Assembly (NCBI GenBank): GCA_965223505.1
Contig: CBDCWP010000025.1
Span: forward strand, 1-14,307
DNA length: 14,307 nt
Reading direction: 5' to 3'
Source: Planctomycetota bacterium
Lineage (GTDB): Bacteria > Planctomycetota > PLA2 > JAEUHO01
Shown: piece by piece, positions 13,640 to 14,307 of the stretch
Layout of the letters: every line of letters begins with the position of its first letter
Numbering within the stretch: the stretch's first letter is position 1
Notes under the pieces: generated by a model
The model's database searches: none
Told to the model about the DNA's origin: nothing
Seen by the model: the letters and a program-made list of their open reading frames with translations, nothing else
Program-made: the position numbers and the translations under genes

Positions 13640-14307
13640 ATGGGCCACGACCCGTCCGAGCCGATCAAGGAGATCCGCGAGCTGCACGACGGGGTGTCGG
13701 ACGGCCTGGAGCCCCTGACGCCGCTCGACCTCGGCGCCGTGGAGTCGGCCGACGACCTCGTGCGCGCCATGTCGAAGACGGCGTTCGCGGGCCGCCAGCT
13801 CGGCGAAGCCGTGGACGTGCTCGAAGCGATGATCCGCGACCCCGACTGCCTCGTCGTGTGCACGCTGTCCGGCGCCATGACCATCGCGAAGATGGGACTG
13901 GTCATCTGCGACATGATCGACAACGGCTGGGTGCAGGCCGTCGTATCGACCGGCGCGCTGATGGCGCACGGGTTCGTGGAGGCAACGGGGCGCACGCACT
14001 TCAAGCACGACCCGTCGATGTCGGACAAGGAGCTCTACGACAAGGGCTACGACCGCGTCTACGACACTCTCGAGCTCGAGAAGAGCCTGGACGACGTCGA
14101 AGAGGTCGTCTGCGCGGTGCTCGACGAGATGGAGCCCGGCCGGCTCTACTCGAGCGCGCAGTTCCACGACGCGATGGGGGCGTGGCTGGTGCGCAACGTG
14201 CCGGGGCGCGGCGTCCTCAAGTCCGCCCACGAGCGCGGCGTCCCGGTCTACGTGCCCGCGTTCACCGACTCGGAGCTCGGATTGGACGTGCTGATCCACA
14301 TCGAGCG
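13640..14307 (+). CDS. Deoxyhypusine synthase-like protein (SpeY-like, polyamine/homospermidine synthesis), 3' truncated by the window end
   Basis: Absent from the ORF track. AGAGGAG RBS and ATG at 13640: MGHDPSEPIKEIRELHDG...AMSKTAFAGRQLGEA...CTLSGAMTIAKMG...VVSTGALMAHG...GYDRVYDT...GVPVYVPAFTDSELG, which are DHS-family motifs. Confidence 0.9.
   Translation, partial: MGHDPSEPIKEIRELHDGVSDGLEPLTPLDLGAVESADDLVRAMSKTAFAGRQLGEAVDVLEAMIRDPDCLVVCTLSGAMTIAKMGLVICDMIDNGWVQAVVSTGALMAHGFVEATGRTHFKHDPSMSDKELYDKGYDRVYDTLELEKSLDDVEEVVCAVLDEMEPGRLYSSAQFHDAMGAWLVRNVPGRGVLKSAHERGVPVYVPAFTDSELGLDVLIHIE

Noticed and set aside
13391..14299. N-terminal extension of the 899-aa kinase ORF
   Set aside because: Mostly the antisense shadow of the DHS-like gene. 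The kinase plausibly starts at MQPSKCPQC (13390), which has an RBS.

Overview
High-GC bacterial window, plausibly Planctomycetota (inferred from the GyrA 'IYPTL' signature and an ECF sigma/Ser-Thr kinase pair). In order, it contains: the 5' end of gyrA (-); a frameshifted C45/Ntn-hydrolase-like lipoprotein gene (+); an M48 membrane metalloprotease with a helical C-terminal extension (-); a secreted tandem PsbP-like protein (+); a small lipoprotein gene that the ORF track truncates at an in-frame TGA (-); a TetR gene with twin palindromic operators, followed by an hcrCAB-like molybdenum hydroxylase operon (+); a roughly 690-bp intergenic region rich in repeated hairpins; a Ser/Thr kinase and ECF sigma operon (-); and the 5' part of a deoxyhypusine-synthase-like gene (+). 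The best finding is at 5134..5508. The TGA falls in a U-x-x-C motif of an HMA-like (CopZ/MerP-type) domain and is followed by a SECIS-like hairpin, which points to a hidden selenocysteine lipoprotein divergent from the TetR/Mo-hydroxylase operon. All family assignments come from reading motifs by eye; no searches were run.
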